From NCBI RefSeq assembly GCF_006345805.1, contig NC_042998.1:125922001-125986000 (forward strand): a DNA stretch of 64,000 nt, written 5' to 3'. The notes below the pieces were generated by a model, which saw nothing but the letters and a program-made list of their open reading frames with translations, was not told where the DNA came from and made no database searches. Position numbers and translations under genes: made by a program. This DNA is from Octopus sinensis (Eukaryota). This document shows, in pieces, positions 51,506-64,000 of this stretch. Position 1 is the stretch's first letter. Each line of letters starts with the position of its first letter.

Positions 51506-52626
51506 TCATAGAATTTACGACCATAATGATAGCCTTTTACACTCACCGCTTGTATAGTCATGATTTCAATGATGGCTGTAATTGTAACATCAGAAGTAGT
51601 CAAGGTAGACTAGTCGTTGGTGTAGTCATAAATGTGTGCGCGCGCACGTCTGTGAGTGTGTGAAAGCGTTTTTTGCGGGTCTCACTCTAGCCGACCAACT
51701 GAGATTAACTGCAATAAAACGGAGTTTATCGACATCAGACTCCGTTATACGACCAGGATGATCGCAGATATTCGCCAAATATCCTAATCGAGTGTTGAAC
51801 AGCATTTACATCAATTGGCAGAATCGTGAGAGAGGAGTGTTTACTTTCTTAAGTGCCAATGGTTCAAAAAATGTCGAGGATGGTACAGAACAATACAATG
51901 TGGGGGTTACATAAACATTAAAAAAAGAAGAAGAAACAAACAAAAGATAGATTCCCAGAAGGAGAGGACACCTCCGATGGCTGCACGTGGAGATCCTATA
52001 AAACCACGGATCCCTTGACCACTAGAGCAAATCCCCTCACCCTGTCCGCTTCCGGCAATCTACAGTTGCATATTCAAGGCAAAGCCTTTCATTTGAACTT
52101 TCTTTGTCACTCTCATCTATTTAATCTATAACAATCGACTCTTCCTTCAGATTTATTATTCTTATTTTATTGCCCTCTGTCTGAAAATCTCCCATCACAC
52201 CTCCTGTGGCATCTTCAGCAACTTTCCATTCCACGTATTTCCTCCTGTTCTATTTAGTCCATTCTGTCATCTATTTAAGCTATATCGATTTCGCTTTTAC
52301 CGAACTTGAGGGGATAAATGCTAAAGTCAGAATTGGATTACAGCAAAAGTAAAAAAACTTTCAAATTTGGATAGAAAACATAGTCGTTTAAAATCTGTCA
52401 TTCTATCTTTAAATGGTAATGTAAACGTCTTATCGCCCAGAGAACTTCAGAAACGTCCTAATTCTGAACAACATCAACAGAAAGACAAAATGTTATATAA
52501 GTGTACAGAAAATTCCTCTGGTGAATATTTAAGATTGAAATTTGAATCTAAACCATCCGAACTGAAATAGTCATCATATTTTGCATCATCGGTAGGTCAT
52601 TTTATATAATCAACAGAATTTAAGCA

Positions 52627-52666
52627 GCTGATGTTAGCTGATGTTAGCTGATGTTAGCTGATGTTA
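52627..52666. repeat. (GCTGATGTTA)4 minisatellite
   Basis: Directly visible. Confidence 0.95.
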
Positions 52667-53219
52667 ACGTACGTTTATGTATGTATGTATGTATGTATGT
52701 ATGTATGTATGTATGTATGTATGTATGTATGTATGTATGTATGTATGTATGTATGTGTATTGGCATGTTTTGTGTGTATGTGTTTGCGTATGAGTGCTTC
52801 AATGTGTTGATATAAGTGTCTTTGTATGTATCTTTCTTACGGCACTCAATGCAGATTTAATAGTCAGCGGTAGTCTAGGATTGCAACTTAAAACAGCCCA
52901 AGAATAAATAAAAAGTATATAAAGATCTACATTCACAAACTTGTAGACGTTCACTCACTCTCTATCACCCCCCCTCTCTCTCTCACCCTCCCCATCTCTC
53001 TCAATCTCCCTCCCTCTCTCCCCCTCTCTCTCTCTCTTTTTCTCAGACACACATGCGCGTACATGCATTATGTACACTTGAATATACTTTCACTGCCTCT
53101 TCAACCTTTCCTCCTATATCATATAAACCAGTAAAATATAGACTGTCGTGTTTTTGATGACGTCGGCCTAAAACTGCTTATATAAGTATATATGTGTATA
53201 TATATATATAATATATATA

Positions 53220-53270
<51 letters not shown>

Positions 53271-53324
53271 CATAATTGTAAATATGTGTATGTATGTTTG
53301 TATGTGTGTGTGTGTGTGTGTGTG

Positions 53325-53359
<35 letters not shown>

Positions 53360-54027
53360 CATACGTGTGTATGTGCGTGTGTGTCGGTGTAGAATGTAAC
53401 CTTAGTATTTGGTGTATTGTGTTTATTTTATGGTATATACAACTTGATGGAGTCACGCTAATACTCTACCGTGCTCTACATATAAACACATTTTTTCCAC
53501 ACGTTCACATCTCTCCCCCCTCTCTTTCTTTTTCTCTCTCCCCCCTCCCTCCCCCCTCTCTCTCTCTCTCTCTCTCTCGTATACACACTCACACACACAA
53601 CACACACACAAACACATATGTCTCTGACGTTCGTTCTTTGTATATATTTTGCGTATGTTTGCGTTTATGCACGTCCTTGCATGGTGTATGTGTGTGTGAA
53701 CATGCGTATGTGAAGTTTATATGCGAATGGTTTGTGGTCTACGTGCGCACGTGCACATGGGCGAATGTATCCCCCCGCCCCAAAAAAAAAGAGATTGGTG
53801 TCTATGTTTTAAGACATCACGCTCTCTTCTATTGACATGCATTCACTCATATGCACGTGTAACACGTAAACTCAAAGTTGGGTGCAAGTGAACTCATAAA
53901 ATTGAAATCGGTGGTTGTGGTACTTTTACTAGCGGTTGGGTCGGTGGTATTTGGGAGAGAATAGAGAGAGAGCTTCACGACAGAAAGCATAAATGGCATC
54001 TTTACATGCGTAGGGAAGTCTTGCAAA

Positions 54028-54259
<232 letters not shown>

Positions 54260-54384
54260 GAGGAGGAGGGAGAGTGCTGGGTCGAGATGATACCAGACTC
54301 CATGTGAAGGAGGTCAGCTCTGATTGCTAAGACCTACCAACAAACCAGTTTTGGCCGTGTTCATTACATCTATCTATCCATCTG

Positions 54385-54418
<34 letters not shown>

Positions 54419-54439
54419 AATCTCTCTCTGTGTCTCTCT

Positions 54440-54500
<61 letters not shown>

Positions 54501-54692
54501 TATGTATATGTATGTATGTATACACGATATATTATATAATATATATAAGAAGCAATCTTTTTTCTCTAAATTAACGTGGATATTTTATTAGAACTTTGAA
54601 TATTGCAGTATTCGTCTTGAGAGGTCCTTTCATATGGACACACGCTGCATAAAAGCGTACATATTTGTATTATTGGTAGACGAGAATCGTCG

Positions 54693-54958
54693 GCTATGGG
54701 CGCCGGAACTTCCAGAACACGTGATTTCAACGTACTGCGCCTCTTCGGTAACAGCTGCCCGCTCACCGCATACCAGCCAAATTTCACAAATAATTATGTT
54801 TTAAAAATCCTCCTGGTTATTTACGATATTAGTGCCTGAAAATTCACTGTAATTCCATATGTCGGTGACAGTGAGATTTGGCTGGTATTGGGTCAGTGGA
54901 CAGCTGTTACTGAAGAGACGCAGTACGTCAATATCACGTCAGTTTCGGCTCCCATAGC
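54693..54958. mobile_element. Foldback/MITE-like element with ~90-bp imperfect inverted arms
   Basis: 54693-54787 is the reverse complement of 54871-54958 with scattered substitutions and a 7-nt indel. Confidence 0.7.
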
Positions 54959-56196
54959 ATGGAAATAAAATTTAGAATATCTGAATGAATGATTGTCCTC
55001 AATGCACAAGTTAGACTGAAACCAAGCAAATTCTATTTGAATAGTGAATTAAATAAAATCTGAATTAAATTGTAAAATCTGATTCAACTTTCAGAGGCGG
55101 CAAAGTGACAGAGCTTTGAAAAGGTCTCACGGTTCTTGTTCCAATTTTCTCTGCTCTGAGTTCAAACCCTGCCAAGGTCATCTTTGCATTTCATCCTTTT
55201 AGGATCGATAGTAAAGTATCAATCTAAGCTGATTGATTGGCAGAACTGTAAGAACATCGGACTTGATGCCTTGTGCTATTTGTTCCGGGTTTTTGCGTTC
55301 TGAATTCAAATGCCGCCGCGGCCACCAGTCCCGAATGCACTATCTTCACTCCAAAGGAAATGTTTTTTAAAATGTCATAAGAGTGTTGCTTGACAAGTAG
55401 TGATAAATAAATTTGAAGTGGATCTTCTATCAAAACAATTAAAACCCTTCTGAAAATCTCTTCTAATGAAGACCTTTAATGAGATAATGTACGGCAGTGA
55501 AATCTAATGTTTAGTATCTAATCACAAGTTTACATAATTATAGAGTTAAAGAATGAAAATGCGTAACGTTTATGTCGTCCCAGAGACATTAGCAATATGA
55601 ATAAAATAAATTAGCTCTAAGGAAGAATCGAAACCTAGTTGCGGTTTTGTGGTTGCCATCCTCTACAAAACGCGTCACATTAAAACCTGACACAAATGAA
55701 GGTTAATGGAGTGCGAGGGAGGCGAAACAAAACAAGAGGCTGCTCAAATATGGCTGCTTCATTAAATAGACATTGCGATGATTTTCAGATATGTATCTCA
55801 GCAAACGGCAATGCCCCCATCTTAACTGCAGCTCTCAAGCTGAAACTAGTAAAAGAAAATACACACGTACACACACACAAATACAAACACACACACACGC
55901 ACATACACAAACATACACACACGCACATACACAAACATACACAAACATACACACATCCCCTTCTAGAACTCTCATGTAATATAAAAAGAAAGTCTGAAAA
56001 ATACGCAGGAATACCTGCTGCATGAAAACTTTATCGTAAAGTAGCATAAAATCATAACATTTAGTAATGAGAGGAGTTATTTTCTAAGTGACTAAGTCTG
56101 GTCAGAAAAGACAGAAAAGACAGCTCGGAAAATCAATTAATTTTAATTAATTAAATATAGAACGTAAAGAGATATAGCAGTGTGTTGACAATTCTG

Positions 56197-56227
56197 GGTA
56201 TGTTTTGGTCTTATTAGACCTCCTCAG
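56197..56227 (-). ncRNA. Minimal hammerhead-like core, more degenerate
   Basis: Minus strand reads CUGAGGA-GGUCU-aaua-AGACC-aAAAC-AU-acC. Stem II is perfect; GAAA and GUC are mutated. Confidence 0.25.
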
Positions 56228-57972
56228 TAAAACCGTAGCCTGAATATTACTGCAGATCTTAGATGACTAGAGAAGCATACCATTGTGAATCAGCACAGAG
56301 TGGAGTGATATGATAAACTGAAATAATAACTTTGCATAGTTGCTGTCTTACATTGTAACAAAAAATCTTTTCAGATGCTTTGAAAAGAAAGTGTTCATCC
56401 CAGTTATTTTAGGAATTGTTACAGTATTTCACGGATGAGTGAAGTGACAGGCTTTCGGTTTATTTAATGAAATTCATGAAATAACTTCGAGAGATAATGT
56501 GCATTCTGACATTTCGTGCTTGGACTATCTTCGAATAAATAAGGAAACTTTTTTTTAGTCCTCTCGTACTTTAGTTTATTCTTCTTCTTTCCTTTGCACT
56601 TACATGTACTCATTGTGTGCCTCGATTTGTTGCTGTTGTTGTTGCGGCGGCGGCGGTGGTGGCAGCCGAGGCGGTGGTCATGGTGTTGGTGGTGGTGGTG
56701 GTGGTGGTGGTGGCGGCGGTAGTGGCGGCGGCGGCGGCGGCGGCGGGCAGCAGTGGCAATGTGGTTTAGCACCAGGTCTACCTTGATCGAGTAATCCTAT
56801 GATCCGATACGTCTCAACTGTTACCATCCTGTATTTGTGTATATCTAGGACAACATGTCTATCGAGGTTTTGTTGCAATTGCTGCTACTGCTACTGTTGC
56901 TGCTGCTTCTGCTACTGCTGCTGCTCCTGTTGCTTCTCCTGCTGTTGCTGTAGTTGATGTTCTTTAATTTAACACCAGGCGTGATCGAGTATATCTATGA
57001 CCAAAAGGGTTCCAGCTCTGAGGATCCTTTATTTTATTTTTTATCTATGATTATATTATCCAATGTCCCTTTTTTTAACACAGATTGGGCGTGGTTTGGC
57101 TACTGTTTCTAGTAAGCTGGGTGACTATACAAAGGCTATTTCATTCCCTTTGTTAATATGAATAGAAAAAGCTAGCTCTGTTATTCAAGCGTTTCCCTTC
57201 GACGAGATCTTTCATACTTACATTTCTATAACTAGTCGAGCATATATTTCCTGTTGAAACTTTAGATACTTCTTCCTCTGCATACTTTTCTATCTTAATA
57301 TCCATTGATTGAAAATTTCATATCAACCACCAACAGATTATTTATGTACGGATCCTTTATGTAACTGTATAGGGTTTTCATAAACTATAATGCATGGGGC
57401 TTTTCATAAACTATGATGCTCTAGACTGGAAAATTAACTTCCGGTCAGCCGACTTTAAAGAGCTGGTTTCGATTGTTTCTTATTTAGTTCACTTCACAAC
57501 CCTTCACGTGCATAGCTCATGCTCTTTGATAGGTAAAGCACATCATACCTTTCATTTATACATTCTTTGAATTCAGTGAAACCAATTTCCAATTGATGAG
57601 TAACGTTGATAGTAGTATGCAGAAGATAAATTTTAAAATATAATGCTATATCTCTGTGCTTCTTTTCTATTCTGTTTATCTAATTGGAAAATAAATGCTT
57701 AACGGAAGGACCATAACAAAAACGATAAAACAGTAAATGTTTCTTCGAGCTGTAATTTCCGGTTACTTCGGTGCTACTGGTCTCTGCCAGCACATCCTTA
57801 TCAGCATAACTCAACAACAACGACAGTTATTTGATGTTATTGATGATGATGATGATGAGGAGGAGGAGGAGGAGGAGGGGGAGGAGGAGGATCTTACTAT
57901 TGCCGCTGCTGTTTATTCCGAGGTCAGTTCTAAGAAGATCTATGAACAGACAATCCATTCATGCCCATCCCG

Positions 57973-58016
<44 letters not shown>

Positions 58017-58160
58017 TATATAATAGAAATATTAAAATTACTAAGTCTCTTTAAAAGAGATTACGACAGCGTTTCTGGAAATCAGCAACAGCTTTATTCT
58101 TATTTTTAAGAATGCCATATTAGTATGGCAATAACTATATATATATATATATATATAATA

Positions 58161-58210
<50 letters not shown>

Positions 58211-58282
58211 ATAAGATCGTTAATTTAATTATCGATCTTATCAAGTGGCCAGCGTGCGAATAAAAACCTTCAAAAGTAATAA

Positions 58283-58440
58283 TTATTATTAAAATTATAA
58301 TTTAGGGTATCTAAGAGATACCGCCAAGCATCCAAAACCTGACCCTAAAACAATTAATGTGGTTTTTCAGTCAGGTTTTGACTATTATTTCCAGCGTTGA
58401 GGTATCTCTTAGATACCCTAAATTATAATTTTAATAATAA
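58283..58440. repeat. Perfect 40-bp inverted repeat with a nested 11-bp inverted repeat
   Basis: 58283-58322 is the reverse complement of 58401-58440. Inside, CAAAACCTGAC (58333-58343) pairs with GTCAGGTTTTG (58370-58380). Confidence 0.95.
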
Positions 58441-58466
58441 CTATATATATATATATATATATATGT

Positions 58467-58657
58467 GCAGGTGGCACGTAAAAAACACCCACTACACTCG
58501 CGGAGTGGTTGGCGTTATGAAGGGCATCCAGCCGTAGAAACACTGCCAAATCTGACTGGGCCTGATGAAGCCTTCCGGCTTCACACACCCCAGTTAAACC
58601 GTCCAACCCATGCTAGCATGGAAAACGGACGCTAAATGATGATGATGATGATGATGA
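58467..58657 (+). mobile_element. 3' half of a SINE with a (GAT)n tail
   Basis: GAAGGGCATCCAGCCGTAGAAAC..CCAACCCATGCTAGCATGGAAAACGGACG followed by (TGA)n; a tandem-repeat tail is typical of LINE-mobilised SINEs. Confidence 0.6.
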
Positions 58658-59139
58658 TATATATGTAGGTATGTACATATATGTATGTATATATGCATGT
58701 ATTTATATATTATTTATATTATTATATATGTGTGTGTGTGTGTATCAGAGATATTGTCCAATGTGTCCTTCCTTTATATTTAAGGCGGTAAGATGTGATT
58801 TAATGGATATTAACCATTCTGTTATCCAATAACCTAGAAATAAGAATAAAATAAGACTGATAAAAGACGTCATCCACTTTCTTTAGGGCAAATAGCACGA
58901 AACTTCGGTGTCCTGTAAAGGTATAACAAAAATGTACTCTACAAAAAAGTAGTGATTAATTCTTCACTCTAATGTTAACTTTAAAAACAATATTTTAAGC
59001 GCGCGCGCACAACCATACACACACTCACACAGATACACACACACATACACACACACATATATCTGTGTTAAAAATGGGACATTGGATAATATAATCACAG
59101 ATAAAAAATAAAATATATGTATATATATATATATATATA

Positions 59140-59537
59140 CTAGCAGTATCGCCCGGCATTGCTCGGGTTTGTAAGGGAAATAACTATATAAGCATTTTTA
59201 GAGAGTTATAGCCAAAAAATAGCAAAAAAAATGCATTAAAAATTGAAAAAAAAATTAAGGTAATTTTTTTTTAAATCGTTGACACATCGTAGATATTTTT
59301 AGAGAGTACTTCCCTTATATAATAACGAAAAATATGCATTAAAATGGAAAAATATGATGGTAAATTTTTTTTAAATCGTAGACTCATCGTAGACGCGCGG
59401 CTAATACCCAGAAGGGCTCGATATGAATCACGACTATAAGATACCCGCTTTTGGTTAAACTACACCGCAAATGTGGGAGTAGTTACGAATCTAAATCGTA
59501 GGAGACAGACCAACAACTTCACTCTTATATATAAAGA
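59140..59537 (-). mobile_element. Non-autonomous Helitron-like element
   Basis: On the minus strand it starts A^TCTTTATATATAAG and ends with the hairpin CCCGAGCAATGCCGGG followed by CTAG^T. These are the TC...hairpin-CTAG termini in an AT target. Confidence 0.75.
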
Positions 59538-59649
59538 TATAAGCCACGTAGTTATATACACATACTTTGTTATATACACATTCTTAAAAGAAAATGTTAT
59601 TTTGAACACAACATTTACAAAGAATAAAATATTTTTTGGTTTTTCTTAA

Positions 59650-60455
59650 CCCTTTCGTTACTATATTTCTGACCAAAATACACCCCTTATGTGTTTCAAT
59701 TAATTTCTAACGTAATCATAAATTTAGTCTGGTTTCATTAAACAACTATAAATTTTTTATTATGAATACATTAATCTGATTTTTGGAAGATAATTTAGTG
59801 AAATGTTCTCAACCAATTCTATACTATAATTTTTGTCACAAAGTGACTAATTGCGGTAGATACAGGTAAATTCAACATATATAAAATTATTAAAATTTTG
59901 TTCAAACATCGCTATAGAAAATGGGTTATTAGCTAATATTCAATTGGGTATACAACAAAATTTTACGATAGAATTTGTTATTCTGGGTAACTTTCTAATA
60001 CCATAATAATATTTATGGCAAAATAGGCCTTAATTTCATTTAAGGTTGTGGGAAATAACAAACTATCGTTTCTTTCGCTTTGTTTAGGTTGAGATCAATA
60101 CCACATGCTTTTTTTATTCAGTCATAGAGTTAGATATTTATGAAGGTCTTCAGTAGAAAATCCTTCGAATTCTGACTCGCTGCTTGATATAATGAAATTC
60201 GTATCCATTTTTTGTCAGAATTACAAATTTTGAAAACACAATAGGAACAATTTCGAAAAAAAACCTCCCATAATTCACGGAATTAAAATTACACTTCGAT
60301 TTTTGTACAAAACTGTAGTTGAACTGTTTACGAAGTATAATACGTGTTTTCACGAATGTTCTAAAGAGATTTACTCTGATATTCTCATTTAATATGAATA
60401 GGTAAATTCGGGCGGCTTGGTCACATTAACCAAAATTTTTTTCGGGCGGTTTGGT
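59650..60455. mobile_element. Possible piggyBac-type MITE lacking its right TIR
   Basis: TTAA^CCCTTTCGTTAC begins at 59646. The subterminal motif CGGGCGGTTTGGT near 60445 is recognised from memory; no right TIR is seen. Confidence 0.35.
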
Positions 60456-60786
60456 GCAATTATATATACATATATCTATATATAATATTATATAATAAAA
60501 TATATACAGAGTAAAATAAAAACAATTTACCTTTTCTGTATATGTTATTCGACCGTCCGTGTGTCTTTGCAAATGTGTTGGAATGATAAGTGAGTTGTGT
60601 TTTGGCGCCTTTTTTTACTTAATAACAAACACACACGTGTTTGTATGTAGTTGTTTGAAACGTTTGTGTTTGCCACTCTCATATATGTATGTGTATGCGT
60701 GTGTGAGGAATGACACACACATACTCACGCACGCACACATGTACATCAATGCTTTTATGAGCGTCATAGAGAGAAACAAATATTAC

Positions 60787-60887
60787 ATCGCCATCGCCAT
60801 AGCCATCGCCATCGCCATAGCCATCGCCATCGCCATAGCCATCGCCATCGCCATAGCCATCGCCATCGCCATAGCCATCGCCATCGC
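60787..60887. repeat. 18-bp higher-order repeat (ATCGCCATCGCCATAGCC) x~5.5
   Basis: Directly visible; it accounts for the poly-(IA) ORF. Confidence 0.95.
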
Positions 60888-61194
60888 ATTCTATTTTCTA
60901 CCTGTCAACACACAGTGAATTAGTTTCAGTTTATTCATTGCACACTGTGTGTGTGCGTTTGCGTGTGCTGTAAACCAGACTAAGAAAAGCATTTGACACA
61001 CACACCAGAATGTGAGTTTTCTGTAAATTTTGCTTAATTGGAGTTTAAATTTTAAAAACTGGACCTGGTATGACGTGATGCATTGTACTCTTAAAAATGC
61101 TAGGTAAATTGTAATTGAAGAAATCCTATATTGTAGATTTGTATAACTCCCAAAGGGAGGCAGATAAAATCTGCCTTTTATAATAAGAGATATA

Positions 61195-61535
61195 TATAAA
61201 GCCTGCAAAGTTTCTCCAAGCCTATGCATTAATGTTTCTCCCCCTACTGACCTCAAACTGAGACCAATCATTGCTAGCCCTGCTTGTGAAACCCACCGTT
61301 TGAGCAACTTCCTCGACATTTTACTTAAACCGTTTCTAAAATATGTGAAAAGTTTCATCAGGGATGACTTAGACATGCTGAACCACCTCCCGAAGACAAT
61401 AAATAAAGGAACCCTGTTAGTATTATTCGATGTGGTGAATTTGTACACTAATATCCCACACGTCTATGGTATAGAAGTGATCACCTTCTGGCTAGAACAA
61501 TACCCAGAAGAGATCCCAGGTCGCATTAACTACTA
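61195..61535 (+). mobile_element. Penelope-like element reverse transcriptase fragment
   Basis: One frame reads KLRPIIASPACETHRLSNFLDILLKPFLKYVKSFIRDDLDML...FDVVNLYTNIPH, the PLE RPI and DVxxLYTNIP motifs. It is truncated at both ends. Confidence 0.85.
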
Positions 61536-63167
61536 GAAAGGTGTGCTAGGAATCTTAATCCTAATTTCCTAATTTTCCCCTTCTAACAATGTTCACAGAA
61601 CACCTCAGTAGGACAAAGAATGAATAAAGAGGCAACTTTCATCAATAAATATCTTCCCCAACACAACATGAACACATAGCATAATACAGAACACTACTAA
61701 CCTTTCAATTAATACCACTAACCCCCATACATCCCATACACCATTCACATTACAGATCTATATCTACCCTAATTGCACCAAATCCAGAACTACCTACCTC
61801 CCTTACACATAATCTTTTTACTCAGGGACTAATAGACCTGACACCCTTCATTAATCGGTGTGCATTCAAAGCAATGATTAGTAAATTTACGAAACCGGTA
61901 TGCTTTTAAATCTCTTTAACAATTCACAATAATGACTTTCATCACTTTTATTCCTACCTCAGTTCATCTAATTGTATATATCTATCGTTACTTTTCATTA
62001 ACAGCCTTTACTTTTTTTGATTGCCAATGTGCATTTTCGCTTATTTTTCTTCTTACTTTCCCCTTACATTTCCACATGTAGTTTCTGTATTCTTTTTGTA
62101 ACATATTTCTATTATATACATGTGTGTGTGTACATATACACACACACACACATATATTAGGGCAAAAGAAATCATCGAGACCTACGTAACTGAAATTTAT
62201 CGCAAGCCGGTTTGTAAAAGGAGGAATTGGGTGAGCATTAACTAGATGATTTGGGCTGGATAACCATTTGGTTTCCTTATTTCATTTCCATTTAATCTTA
62301 TTTATTTAGGCAAGTTGGTTCGTTTGTTTTTACACACGTGTATCTATATGTATGCACGTGAGTGCGACTCTATGTATACTCATGTGAGTGTTTTTTTAAA
62401 CATTCTAGCACACTAACCGCAAACTGCCTCCTTCTTGAATTCCATTCCCGACTGCTTATTCCTCCAACTTCTATAAACTTGAAACAGAACACCAGCTATA
62501 AAAAAGTTTTCAAAACTGAGATTAGTTTTTCTTTGCTGAGGTGTTTCCCCAATTCTTCTATAAAGGGTGTCTGGATGTTTCTGATGCAGCGAAACTGCGT
62601 CAGTGGCTCAGTTGCAGCCAGTATGATGAAATTTTGACACCAAATAATAAATGCTTAAGTGCAGTTAGCATTCATTGATTGTTTTTGACTGGCTAATATA
62701 AGTCTTTCATGCTGTAATTGTTTTAGTTACATCATACGGTTTCAGATCAAATAACTTATCTAGGAAGTACATCTCCGAAACTTTAGACATCAGTATTCCT
62801 AGATATGTCATGCCCTTCATCATCGAAGCTTTCATGAAAGGAGTGGGATTGTAAAAATACAAAATATAATTCAAGCAAAATAAAATCGACTATAAACAGA
62901 ATAACAATATTGTTCATTCTTCCCAACTTTGTAGATAATATATAAGATATATGATCACGGATCACAGTGCCTGTGAGGTCCCCAAGTGATCTCTCGCTCG
63001 ACCTGCTTTAAATAACTTGTCAAATACCCCTTAAATTACACTCTCCTTCTTAAAAAAATTAGTAAGAATATACATACTGGAAACCTAAATGTCTGAAGAC
63101 TTATGTCTGAGAAAAATGATGAAGTCACCCCTGAATAAACAATAACAAATTACTTTTTATATCTTAT

Positions 63168-63520
63168 TTTTTTACTTGTTTCAATCATCGGACTTGGACC
63201 ATGCTGGAGTATCGCTTTGAAAGGCTGAGTCGAACGAATCGACCCCGGTAGTTACTTTTTAAGTCTAATGCTTATTCTAACTGTCTTTTGCCGAAATGCT
63301 AGGTTACGGGATTTTAAACAAACCAACATCGGTTGTCAAATGGTGGGGAGGAGACGAACTCGAATATAAAGACACATACATATACAAAGAGCTTCTACAC
63401 AGTTTCCATCAACTGAATTCACTCACAAGGCATTGGTCGGCCCGAGGCTATAGTAGAAGACATTTGCCCAAAGTGCTGCGCAGTGGAATTGGATCCGGAA
63501 CCGCGTGGTGGCAAAGCTAA
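63168..63520 (-). mobile_element. SINE family B, degenerate
   Basis: Reverse core CAAGGCATTGGTCGGCCCGAGGCTATAGTAGAAGAC. Confidence 0.82.
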
Positions 63521-64000
63521 TCGAACTTATTAAAAAATATTCCTTGTTGTGAGACAAGCTAAATATGAAAGTTAATTTATTCATTTATTTATTTATTTAA
63601 TGACAAAAGTTTTACCATTCGGACCTTTTTTTTCTCTTCTAAAATGCCTTTGACAAATAACAAGACTTGAAACTTAGGTGGATGCTCTAACGTAGATAGG
63701 GGTGGGATCTACTCCAACCGGCACTTTGGGGTTTGCTGTAGGCAATATGTGTTTTTTTGTGTGGTCTGGGGGCGGCAAACAGAAGGGCCGCCCCGAGCGG
63801 TACGCACTCTAGCTACGCTTGTGGATGGGTGGATATTAAAATGATTTCTCCTACTTGCGTTTTACATGCTGTTGTAATGAGAAGGAAATAACAAATCTAG
63901 ACTTGTGGAGGCCTTAAACCATAGAAAGTTTGTTCAGAAATCACACAAGATTTCACAAAATTAAAAAGATACATAACGTATAAGCTTTTTAATTATCTTA

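Noticed and set aside
58560-58590. CTGATGA plus hairpin as a hammerhead
   Set aside because: No GAAA follows stem II; it is a mutated part of a SINE body.

Overview
This is AT-rich animal genomic DNA dense in microsatellites. From memory of its tRNA-derived SINE families it is most likely an octopus or other cephalopod; this was not verified by search. The only host coding feature I can support is a first coding exon (9222-9513, +) with a signal peptide, the start of a group A SRCR domain and a clean GTAAGT donor. I could not find its next exon in the remaining ~54 kb. The rest is mostly transposon debris. Retroelements include an RTE LINE with a perfect 14-bp TSD, an R4/Dong-type RLE LINE split by a SINE, older RTE relics, a Penelope-like RT fragment and more than 30 SINE copies from four or five families. 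DNA elements include an internally deleted mariner, hAT MITEs and two Helitron-like elements. Most entries in the ORF track are microsatellite artefacts. I found no CRISPR array, rRNA, true tRNA gene or prokaryotic system, and I cannot claim a new biological system. The best leads are dispersed hammerhead-like cores, two perfect long inverted repeats with hairpin-containing arms, the leader-fused RTE copy and a possible ~3 kb decayed coding relic. All work was by eye; SINE boundaries are approximate.
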